A stretch of DNA of 38,251 nucleotides from NCBI GenBank assembly GCA_040143965.1, contig JASJQH010000048.1, positions 1-38,251 of the forward strand, written 5' to 3'. The first letter of the stretch is position 1, and the number at the start of each line of letters is the position of its first letter. This document shows positions 26,685 to 38,251 of the stretch, piece by piece. The notes beneath the pieces are model-generated. The model was not told the origin of the DNA. It saw only the letters and a list, made by a program, of their open reading frames with translations, and ran no database searches. The DNA is from Basidiobolus ranarum. Taxonomy: Eukaryota. A program made the position numbers and the translations under genes.

Positions 26685-28151
26685 CTTAAAATAAATCACC
26701 TATCCCAGATTCAATAGCGAGAGGGCGATCACGTAAAATTGCTTATAATCAGTAGTAATGTTTGCTCAATTTGATTGTAGGAAAGGCAAAACTAGCAAAC
26801 AGTAGTATACGAAATGACTCAATTCTAGAAAAAACCAAGAGTAAATTACTGAAAATAGTAAATTGACTCCACCCAGATAGGTCCAAGAAAGAATAGAGAG
26901 CGGTTTCAAACAAGGAAAGGAAAAAAAGAAAGTAGAATAAAGCGATGGCCAAGGTTGGCTGAATGGGTGTATGTGATGGGACTACGAAAAGTAAAAAGGA
27001 GAACTGAAGACTTGGTTAATTATAAAGATAAATTACCGATCAATAGTATATGGACAATCGTAAAAAATTAAATACAAACAGCTTAACAACAAACCAACTT
27101 TAGTTTACTAGTTTAGACTTGGTCAACAATTTTGACGGCTCATTACCAATGATAACACCTCAAACACCCGATACCTACCCATTACTATATATTCAGAGGA
27201 TTAGCCTATGTTATTGAGGCATATATATAAGTTATACACATGGTACCACTCTACTAGTTTGCGTTAAAAGCGTAGGATCCCAAATAACTGCTAAAGACGA
27301 GATATTGAAATGTCCAAAATAACAGTCAACCTTCTACATCCACAGTATTACGAGAGTGTGAAATGTACCAATTTGGATCAATTACGATGTTATTTGCTGT
27401 CGTCAAACTCGATTATTTTTCAAGATCTATCGCCATTCAGAGAAAAATTTATCGAGATTTGAAGCCAATCAGTTACACGACATCTTAATCACCATCTTTA
27501 AATCTCACTCAGATCATTAAAACCATCAGTGTTAACATGGTCGAGAATTATAGGGGTATTCTGACTGAATTGCAAGATTAACAAGTGTGACTATGACCAA
27601 ACCTGATGACGAAAGATCCCCCAAGCGCAAAGGCATCCGCTGAGACTGTTCTTTTGGTGAATCTAATTTGTGTTGTATATGGGTTAGGTGAGTATCCAGA
27701 TAGGTCAGTTCACTTGAGTATGCCGGGGAAAAGGGAGCTGGGAATAGAGAACTGGGGATCTTCAACCATCAGCCATGAGCCTTACAATCGAAATCATGCT
27801 AATCTTTCTATTGGTTAGGGTAAGTCGCTCTTTACTGTTGTTGTGTTTATCTTAAGCATAATCTAAACAAACCGCTTTCGAATCAGCCCAAGTGATGATT
27901 TTACCGAACTTCAGATAGCCAGTGTTGATTTTAAATGAGGTTACTGTATAAATAATATTGATACTACGTTTTAAGGTTAGTTTTGTTTATTTAAAATCAT
28001 TTGTTTTTGTCACAACTACAAATTATTGGACAATCAGTACACAACAACCAGTGCTCAATAATAGGTAACTGCTCTGGTATATACACTCAGAGTAACCTAT
28101 GATGCTAGTAATAAGAATTCTTGTTATAGCGTACAAATAAATAGTCCTTGT

Positions 28152-31100
28152 ATGAACGAAGATATAACTGAAGATGAATTGGGAATTCTCTACACAAATC
28201 AAAAGGCCATCAGCCACACCTTAGATACACAGTTAAGTGAGGTCAAACCTCATGCTACTATTACCATCGAAATTCCCAAAAGACCAGTAGGCTTAGAGAA
28301 TTATGAAAACAACGAGTTGGTCATATCAAGTAGGAATAAAGCACCGAATCCAACTATAGAAGAAATTTCCACAAAATCTGCAAATACCAAGAACGATACG
28401 AAAAACCTCCATACCACTGTAGAAATTGAAATTGGAAATGTCAATGTAGCCGGTGATAGCAGGTCATGCGAAGTACCTGATACAACTACACCAGAAAATC
28501 CTGGCCATTCAACGACTCCTACCACAGCAGAAATAGAGATTGCTAAAATGGCCGGTGATGGTATATTGTACGAAGCACCCAACACAAATAAGCCGGAGAG
28601 GCCAAATCATTTAACGACTCCTACCACCGTAGAAGTTGAAATTGGAAATACCAAAGTTATTAACGATAATATGCCGACCGAAACACCTTACACAACTAGG
28701 TCAGAGAGTTCTAATCATTCGACTGCTCCTAACACGACAGAAATTGAGATTGGAAATGTCAAAGTGGCTGGTGATAGCATACCATATGAGGAGCCTGAAA
28801 CGGCTACACCGGAAAGTCCTAATCATTCAGCGACTCCTACCACATTAGAGGTTGAAGTTGGAAATACTACCATTGTTGGTAATAACATACCGCCTGAAAA
28901 ACCTGACACAACTAGGTCGGAGTGTCCTAATCATTCAGCAGCTCCCACCACGGCAGAAATTGAAATTGGAAATGTCAAAGTGGCCGGTGATAGTATACCA
29001 TACGAAGAACCTAACATAACTACACCGGAGCGACTCAATCGTTCAACGGCTCACACCACAGTAGAGGTTGAAATTGGAAATGCCAAAGTTGTTGGTAATA
29101 ATATATCCCCCGAAAAACATGATAAAACCAAGCTAGAGAGTTCCACTCGTTCAACGGCTATTGGGGATATCTCCTTGACTGTTGATGACAAACTTGAGAA
29201 TTCTACGAATGATTTATCTTTTGGTGAGCCTCTTCCTTCACTTCCAGCTGATATCCCTCAACCTAGGACTGATGTCCAGATATGGATAAGCCCAAAGTGT
29301 GTAGAGAACGAAGAAGATTCTAAACTCGAAACAACAATGATTAATCCGATACAACGTCAAACTGAAGATTCTCAGACTTCGGACGATTCGCACAATAACA
29401 GTAATACTCTTCCCAATGAACTTATAAGTGAGAGCCTGTTAGTGGTTAATAATGAAGCACAGAATATTGCTCAACATGAGGAAAAAGAGACGTCGAATAG
29501 TTTTGATGAGTCTTCAAATATGTATACAAAATATCCATTGCGAAAGAGAACTGCATTGTCGTTGCACCCATATACCAGATTCTCTTGGACTGACCCTGAA
29601 ACAATGCCAAATGTGATAATCGATACAAGCGTTTTAGAAGAGCCAATTGAGCCTGAAGATAAAAATAAGCAGCATGACTATTACGATAGCGAAGGTGATA
29701 CTGATTACACAGAAACACAAACTCGAAGATTTGCCAATTCTTTAGGAAAGGATGACGATTTGGGATTGATCCCAGAAGCAAGTGAATTGCAAGCACTTCT
29801 CGATGATACAACGGAGTCAAATTCTCACTCTAGAAGTAGTTCGCATCATAAGGTTCAATATAAAAGGAAAAAAAGAAGCAAGTCTTTGATTGTGAAGCTC
29901 ATACTTCCTGGTTATCGTAGAAATCCGATCCAAACTGACGAGTTATCCAGTGCTTATGGCGGTAAATCTTTTCAAGACGTAGACGACTTCTCAGAAACTT
30001 TAGCTCGAGCAGATGAATATCTTCAAGCACTGGGACAGTCGGAACCGCACGATGTAATATCTTCTCCTAGGGCGAAACTAGGAGGGCGCTTGGTGATATT
30101 GGATGATGAAGACGAGGCTGACACTATGAATAATCAGCGACCCACCGGACATCGTGCGATAATTGCTGAGCCAGAGGATCCAGAAACCATTGAATCCATA
30201 CATCAGTTTAGTCGTCAGTCGAAGCATCCGTCAAAATTGACAAAGAAGAATCTTGCTGGAAAACTCCCTGCATCATTTCTACGCGTTTATAACGTTGATA
30301 ATTCATGTCTGCAAGATCAAACCACCGTACAATCAAAGAAAATTCGACAATTGCCCTTGCAATCACACCCACTTCGTATGACTGAACAAAGAGATTCGAT
30401 AGAGAATGGAAGGCCTCTCTCTCCGACCTCGGTATTTTCCGATGAGATGTCAACCAATTCAGATGGCGAAATTCATTCAAGTATTGAATCCGAGGGGGAT
30501 TCTCTTGATGTAGAAGCCATCCAGCAAAAACGTTATAAACAGAAAAGAGCCTCGTCAGGAGTAAATCGCAAACAAAAGCCTATCAACTTCCTCGATATTT
30601 ACGAATTGTTATTAGACGAGTACAAGGACGGCGAAATCCCTAATTTTTTGAGAATTGCTTGTAGGCGATTGCTTCAAAAGCACAATTGGGGCTACGATAT
30701 CTCCGATGATCCATGGAGCAAAATGATAAGCTTCGATCCAAGCTTTATCGATGACGACGCGTATCAAGAGGATCAATACACTCTTTCCGAATGGCAACAG
30801 GGCGGAGATTTCTGGAGAAGAAAATTAAGACGACTTCGTCGCCAGCGAAATGCCCTGAAGAAGCGAGTAGTCAAGCCTTACATCGCAGATCCCAAAAAGC
30901 CACCGACTGATCAGACTCTAAATGATCACAACGATGCAGTAGAACAAACACACAATACAAACCACTCTGTAAGGAAAAGAAAAAGACCATCAAGAATGGC
31001 GATAGCCAACTCTGATGATCCTACTAACCCGTTTGAGGAAATTGATAATGAAGATGTTGTTGAGCATTCATTAGAAACATCCGACCAATTAATAGAGCAA

Positions 31101-34100
31101 TTAGTACCTACCACACCGCAAGAGAATATCGCACCACCAGGTAAGCGGAAGCGAGTTGTAAAATCGAAGTCCAAATCAAAGCTTCAACAAAAACTAGATG
31201 ACGCCACGGCGCAAGGCTTTGTTTCTACTGTAAATGCATGTAAAAAGTTGAAAGAGAATGGTGCAAAGAGAAAGAAGGTTGCAGCTTTTGTGAAAGCACT
31301 TCGAAAAAGGCAGAGTACTAAGGACGGGAATACTTTCACTTCATTGGATGTTGCACGAAATGTTCCTTCAATTTCATCCGAACTTTCTTTAAGTCCTTCT
31401 AGATTGAATTCCCTCCACCGTAGTACCGGCTTAACCCACACTCCAAAGAGTTCTCAACGGAGCGCAGAACCTTTCTATCGCAGACCTGTGCGGCCCTTAT
31501 TACCCCCTAATACTCCCATGTTAAATCATGATATGAGCATGTCCTTTAAAGGTAAACGACAGCGACTCGAAACTATTATTGGCAAAATCAAACGCCTGTC
31601 GTTGAACACCACATCCGTAGATAATACGCAATCACTTTCATCGCAGCTTCATCATAACTTAACAGCAAGTCAAAATGCTCCTCGCAATATGCAATTTACT
31701 CCTACTAAAATGGCAAATCCTCCCGCCAGGTTGTCACTCCTTTTCACACCCAAATCTTCCAGTTCGTTGCCGAGTACGTCCACCCAGATGGTTGACGAGA
31801 ACCTAAGTATTTCTGGTACAGCCGAAAAATTACCTACTACCTCGAAACGCAAAAGAAAGGGGATAGCTCATAGATTGTCCCGTCCCCAGGGTTTTGATGA
31901 AAAAACTACTACTACTTCCAAAGTATCTCACTTTCAAGCTTTAGATGTTGCAAACGATACGCCTAGCTCTACCCAAGCGTTACATACCAAATTGAATAGT
32001 TGGTATATGCAAAACAACCCAAGCAGATTTACTCCTAAACCTCTAATATCTGGGCTCTGGTTCAACCAGAACACCTTTGTAGGTAGAGGTGAGCTTCATA
32101 CACTATTACAAACGCTCGACAGCATTAATTCTACGAAGCCTTATGCTGCTCGGGTTTTCGAAGTATTTGATGCAGATATCATGACAACCGCCACCATTAC
32201 CGAATTTGCACGAATCATTCCACCCTTCATTTCTCAATTTTCCGATCATTTGAACAGAATATGGGATTTGGAAAAATCCAATCAAAAGGCCATTTCGCTT
32301 GAGAGTGAAATGAGTGTCATAAGGAGTGCCAACTCATTATTGGATTTTATAACGGTATTTTTACACGATCGCTTATCTCTTGCTTCTGTAGAAGATAAAC
32401 ATATAGTGTATAACGTTCTCGGTGCTGAATGCACATATCTGTTAAAACGAATCGACTTTTTAGTACGAGAAGAATGGCCAGATACATCTTCCCTGTATTG
32501 GAGTCTGAAAACAATAGGCGAAACTTACTTGCATTTGATTTGTTGGGGTTTTTATCTGAATCTGAACCACAGCCAACTAAAGGACTCTACGTATCCCTGC
32601 TTCAACCTAGTTGATATCTCGAAGCGCTTGATCAAGTTCCTAAGAAAATTTAAACTGGACGAGTTTAAAGTAGACTCTAACGATCAAGGATGTAACAGCT
32701 GGGGGGCCTCGATGTTCATATGTTTAATTCATATCCTGGACAGACTGTCTCAGTATACAAAGTCTCAAGAGGATTGTGACGAGAGTACACTTACTACAGC
32801 TCCCTTCTGGTCGGTATTCAACGAAGCAGTTTTAGAAGATTTGACGGCAACCACACTTGACTCACAGGAATGGGATTTTCCTCCACTGGCCGATAAGGGA
32901 GAGGAGATTTGGAACATGTTGTTTTCTATCTTGCCTCTGTACCAATTCAATGAAAACGGAGTATTCTGCACTCAAAGGAAATGTTTATCCAATTGGTCAT
33001 TAGTACAATATTTACTTGAAAAAACTTCTGGGTTATTGGAATTAAGTGAAAAGTCCTGCATTCCTCAATTCTCGCATCGACAAAGTCGGATGTTAGACCA
33101 TTACATCCGCTCTCTATTTGGACGATGCTATGAGTTGTGCTCGATGTGGCAATGGGATCCCGATCAAAAAGTGCTTCTGCTATTGTATCGGTTCTACGAG
33201 AAACGCCAATTTAAAGACCTTTCTTCTGAGTCACATCCGCATTTCCCCCACTTCTTGAAAGAATTCAGCGGCCTTGTTCCTCGTGAAGTTCAGTTTTCAG
33301 ACACTTGTTTCCACATTTTAATGAAATTTATTTATGTTTCGTTAAATACTTGGTGTGAACGGGCAGTTAGCTTCACAGCCAACCTGATGCAAGAGAAGTC
33401 CAAAAGAGAAGTCCGATCCTTTGTGTCTAGAATATCACCTACTCGTGTGCTCAAATTTACAAAGTCGCAAACAACCGCCGATTATTCGCCGCTGTTGAAT
33501 CACTACAACCTGATGCTGATTTTTGCTTTGACAATTCCCAGTTCCATAAAGCCACGATCGACTGTGCAGATGAAGAGCTACCTGAACTTCGTTGAGAGCG
33601 ATCAGATGTCTCGAAAGATATATATCGAAGGCTTTACACTGCTAGGACTAATATATCAATATCGCCGAGAGAAAATCCTGCCAATCTTGGAAGTTTTAAA
33701 CGAACGAATGTCACAGGTAACGCAAGAATATCTAGATATGGAAGACAAACGAGCCATCCCTTACATTCCATCTATATTTGGTGAACGCCCTTCGGACGAG
33801 TGGCTATCAGAGAACGATAGAATGAAACTAACCCACACTCAAGCAAGCGTTGTTGAGTTGCTTGAGCTTTTCTTCAACCAATACCGACGATTAGCTGCCG
33901 GCGAAGACTACCTGATAACCGAGTTCATTAGCACCGGTAAGGTTATTTTTTTTAAGGTTATTTTCAATCGACGCTCATTCTATAATAATTATTGACCATT
34001 CTCCTCCAGCTTGGTCCATTATGCTAAATCCAAGCCTGAAGTTTGCTCACAAGATACGCATGAGCTGCATAAATCACGTCAACAATTTGCTCAAAATCCG

Positions 34101-36990
34101 TTCGCAACTTCGAAGTGTTTTCACGACTGGTTCGTCTACAATAGACTCAACAAATAGGTTATCAAGTGAAAGCGATGGCCGTAAAGTAGTTCACGAATCC
34201 CCAGACGACTTTGACGATTTTGAGTTTGATGACCTCGATCTAGATCAATTGTATTTTGTGGAGCAGCAGGCTGTTAAAACTGAGAACTTCAAGACATACG
34301 ACCAGCCATTTGCAATGGTATGCATTGTTATGCTAAGGATTTGTAATTGGTTTGCGAATTAAGCTCTTGTGATTACAGGCTCTAGATAGGATTACCACCA
34401 ACATACGGGAATTGGTTTTTTCAAAATACATTATTGGTATGTATAACCTCAATTTGACATGCTGTAAGCCACTTATTTATATGCCTTTTCAGACCTCAAT
34501 GGAACCGGGATAGACGAGAAATATGCTTTGCACTTTTCGGGAATCCAGAAAACTGTAGAATGCTGGGTTGATTGCTTATCCATCTCTGTAGAGTATGGGT
34601 TAAAGGTAGGCAGGCCATCTACATATCTTTGATTATAGCCACTCACGTTCTTTACCTTCATCAGACATGGGATACCTATTTTCTATCTCAAAGTGTGGAC
34701 TCGTGGACCACGTTAAACAACCCGTCAGGGCGTAGAGTTATCTCCCTCTTTTTCTCCACAAAATGGTTAAGCCTTTACAAGGACATAACGGTACTCTTCG
34801 GCGTAGTTTACTGAATGTTGAACTTTAACTAATACATTGCAATAGAAGTACCAGGACCAAATCATCAATGTATGGTTTCAAACTATTGTTGAGCCTAACT
34901 TTACTGTCCAGCATATTATGACGTCGGCACTCCTAAACCAAGCAGTTGTTCCCAAAATATTTTATAATCTTCCAATTGCCATAAATCCCAAGCATCATGA
35001 ACATACTTTATCCAAAGCCGAACTGGTTCGGTTACGATCTGCTGTGATAGGAGGTTAGCGATCATCCTTGATTAGCAAGTCAAACATCTGTAGTAACCTT
35101 TCTTAATTATACTAGCCGTTTTGAGTAATATGGGAGATGACTACAGTTTCAATCTCAGTACTAATCCAGAACTATGCTCAGCACTCAAGAAGAGATATCA
35201 CTGCTATCTCAAAAGCATGCTGTCGTCTCTTAAAGATTATTTCGAGGTAAGTCCATACATCAGACTTGTTCTTACTATGTGGGATGTACTAATTCTCTGT
35301 AGTATCTCAATTCCCCTTCACTGTTCAATGAAAAAGAGAATTACATTAAGCTTATTCACGACATTGTTGGTAATGTCATTGAGCATTGCTCAGCTATCAT
35401 GTACCAATCTGATTCTTTCAGCACGCAACTTCCCGAAATTCGGTATTTTATGTCCAAGGACTTCCCACTCCCGCCTGCGTACGTTATTAACCATTTGAAT
35501 AGAGTCTATGATATTCAATAATACTAATCTATCCATCATAGAAATCACTTCTACATTACGCAGAGACTTCGCGGGTTTTCCAAGCTCAACTATACTGCTG
35601 ATCAGCGTCTCCAGAAGTCTCTAGTTGAATTCTTTCAGACCCATCTAGAAACAATATTTGGACAGTATGAAAGAGAGAAGCAGGATGAGCAAAAGCTCCA
35701 AGCCCTGGTCGCTTCATTCCTTAATACGTCAAAACAGTCGGACAATGAAACAATATGGTAAGTGAACAATTTGTACCCGCATTGATTGTAATTCCTTCTA
35801 ACATATACATCTAGGAACTCAACAGTTGCATCGTTTCGAATGTTTATTTTTGGTACAATCATCAAAAGATATGTTACATGCTTCATCAGACGACCTGAGC
35901 TTGCTACCTTAGCTATCCCCGCAATGAGGCTTTTGTCTATGATATTAGATTCTCTCTCAGATGAATATTGGAGCCTGCATGACCCAGTCCAAGGAATTAC
36001 AGCTCTTCAAAAAGAAATGAGTATCTTATTCTATCCACTAACCAATGCGTTGATCCAATGCCAAACGGTAAATACATTTCCAAGGATATGCTTGATTTGT
36101 CGAAATGTATATTGATGACCGCATTTCACTTTAGGATTCACATACCAATTCGGTTGTGCATAGAATCATCTCCAGATTGATCCTGAAGATCTTTATTAGC
36201 TGTATTAAAATCTTTAGGCGTGTCCACATTGACTACAGACACTTCTGTAAGTGCTTCTTGGACTCCCCTCTCCTTAAGTGACGACTAACTCGAGTCCTTC
36301 TTTAATAGATGCACATAACAAGGAATGGGCGTCCCTTTTAGAGCAAACCATAAAAATTGCCCATTTGAAGAGCGTCTTAATGATAAGAGACATTCTTCCA
36401 AAGAGCAATAGACAAACAACATTCTTTCAAGGTTACCAGGATACTTTGTCTACAGAGCACATCAACATCACCGAGCTTAGTATGCTAGCTCCGAACCGGT
36501 ATTTTTCTTTTGAGCGGCAGTTTCCTTGTACACTTATGACTCGACAAATTGGCGAGTGCTACAGTACACGCTCCCTTGATGATGTTAGTATATCAATGTG
36601 TCTATTGTCAAGTTCTCGAATTGGTTTTTCTGATATTCAGATTTTAGGTCTCCCACGAACTCCTCGCTACAATATTCGAATTCTGGTCTGAAAGTGCCTC
36701 ATTCTATCCCAAATTAAGAGCTTCTATCATCAGTGACTTCTCCAATATCAAGATACATAATATTTTCAAGTTTATTGAGAATTCAAGAATTTCTAATCCT
36801 CATTTCAAGGTATTTCATATTCTTCTGATTTCCAAACATCCAACTTTGACACCAAAATTATTTTCTATATTTGTTTCAGCGCTTTTTGGAGGACCTTCGA
36901 CCAGCTAGTACCCCTTACTTGGTTCGTTTTTGGTCTTCCCACCGACATCCAAATTCTAGCCCAGTCAGCCTAGACCTTGTAAATATTTAA
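28152..36990 (+). CDS. MMS22: Mms22/Mus7 (MMS22L) replication-fork repair protein; 5.8-kb first exon plus about 13 short introns
   Basis: Fungal Mus7-type motifs YPLRKRTALSLHPYT, KNLAGKLPASFLR, FNQNTFVGRGEL and FYEKRQFKDLSSESHPHFPHFL...DTCFHILMK. Downstream exons splice in frame to TAA at 36988-36990. The true start may lie upstream. Confidence 0.8.
28413..29159 (+). repeat. Coding tandem repeat, 7 units of about 108 bp (36 aa), within MMS22
   Basis: Unit TTxE(I/V)EIGNxKVxGD/NxIPxExPxTTxxExPNHSxxP; unit 2 is 34 aa. Confidence 0.92.
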
Positions 36991-37702
36991 GCAACTCCCC
37001 CATCCCTGTAAAACGGGCTTACATTCAACAGGAACATGCTTTATAGAATTAACGCATTACTAGCAATATTATCATCATATTCCTTCATGTTGATGTTTAG
37101 AAATTTTGTACACAATCATGAAATAAATCACTTGGATCTCAGTCACACTTCGAGTTTTGATGCTCCACATCGCATGACCCTAACGTCCATCGTATGGCTG
37201 CGAATAACAAATTGAATCTGAATAATTAGAGTGGCTTGGACCCCTCATTTATTCTAAGCTTTGAATGGAAAAGATCGAGGCAAAATATTAAGTATCCAAG
37301 TAAGATCAGTGCGAATCCCCTAATGGGTATTTCATTAATAACCTAATGGTGTCTACATAACCCATCTCCATTGGAATTCAGGTACTCGTGGTATTTTTCA
37401 AAATAACAATAATAATACCTTGCTAAATTACAAAAGGAAAAGAGTAAAGACTCAAGGAATACACCCAAAGCAGAGGAATAGGAGGGCATAAGAGTTCATA
37501 CGTATTTAAGCGCTAGTGTTTGTGAGTTGTTGTAAGGTGCTCTTCTACACAAAATATGGTATTGTCTGCTCTCGTCGTTCGAACTTAAAACTCATGTACA
37601 CATAAATGTACATAACTAAGCACTATAGACAAATCACATCTTGTATAAATGAGCCCTAACTATCAGTTTCTACTACAAGTAGATAAGCAAAGTAGCCAGA
37701 GT

Positions 37703-38251
37703 TTAACGTAATTGTGCATAGGGCGGACGGGTATCAGGGAATCCACCCGAGTAGAGCTTGCGATTTCTTTGATTACCACGTCCTCTGCCGGCAAAATTGG
37801 TCAAACGAACCCCCTGATTAGCTAAGGTATGCTCCAACGCTTGTCTCTGATTAGCCTCCTCTCTTTCTTCGTAATTGAGAACCAATTTCTTTAGTTGTTG
37901 CTGCTCTTCGCGTTCTGCCTCTTGCTTGTTGCGAGTATTGACTGCCAATGAGCAATTAGAGGGAACCTCTACGGTTCTTATTTGCTGCTTATTTCCGCGC
38001 TTTGTTAGTAGGGTAAATGCGACGTTTCCTTGATCTTCACTCTGATTCCGCTCCAATACACCAAGCATACTCTGGTTGGTGAGATGCATTGGAATGGGCA
38101 TGTCTAGAGTAGCTGCCTTACGTTCAAGTTTTCGTGATTCTAAACTCTCTGACATCATTTTGCTGAATTCTCTTTCAAACTCATCTTCTTCCTCTTTTTT
38201 CAAATCCTCCTTCTTGATATTGAGAACCACAACATCAGCTTCTTCATCTGC
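37703..38251 (-). CDS. UPF2: Nonsense-mediated decay factor Upf2/Nmd2, C-terminal part (5' end outside the window)
   Basis: EFEREFSKMMSESLESRK...DMPIPM...VAFTLLTKRGNKQQIRTVEVP...EREEQQQLKKLVLNYEER is the Upf1-binding C-terminal domain. Confidence 0.93.
   Translation of the reverse strand, partial: ADEEADVVVLNIKKEDLKKEEEDEFEREFSKMMSESLESRKLERKAATLDMPIPMHLTNQSMLGVLERNQSEDQGNVAFTLLTKRGNKQQIRTVEVPSNCSLAVNTRNKQEAEREEQQQLKKLVLNYEEREEANQRQALEHTLANQGVRLTNFAGRGRGNQRNRKLYSGGFPDTRPPYAQLR

Noticed and set aside
28301-32971. Many antisense and alternate-frame ORFs inside MMS22
   Set aside because: Shadows of the long coding exon with no independent motifs.

Overview
AT-rich eukaryotic DNA with many short (about 50-90 nt) GT-AG introns and CTAAC/CTGAC branch points, typical of an early-diverging fungus (Zoopagomycota/Mucoromycota-like; taxon is an inference). 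It holds 14 protein-coding genes, in order: CsgA-like short-chain dehydrogenase, LRO1/PDAT, a full-length four-ACT CASTOR homolog (pieced together from 6 exons the ORF track misses), MED4, an F-box/LRR protein, HEL2/ZNF598, an intronless group I truncated haemoglobin, NDUFA5, a Mic12/QIL1-like MICOS subunit, an unknown 226-aa protein, CAF40/CNOT9, YAK1 kinase, a very large MMS22/Mus7 and the 3' end of UPF2. The most interesting items are: (1) the fungal CASTOR, which keeps the GATOR2-contact motif but appears to lack the arginine-binding Asp; (2) the HbN-like globin, with two Cys-Pro motifs in an N-terminal extension and a GATA-rich promoter; (3) an alternating 36-aa repeat array in MMS22; (4) intergenic motif families (TAGGGTTAG, tandem TCGTATA, a five-tract G4). 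No tRNA, rRNA, CRISPR array or intact transposon was recognised. All calls come from manual motif recognition, with no database searches.
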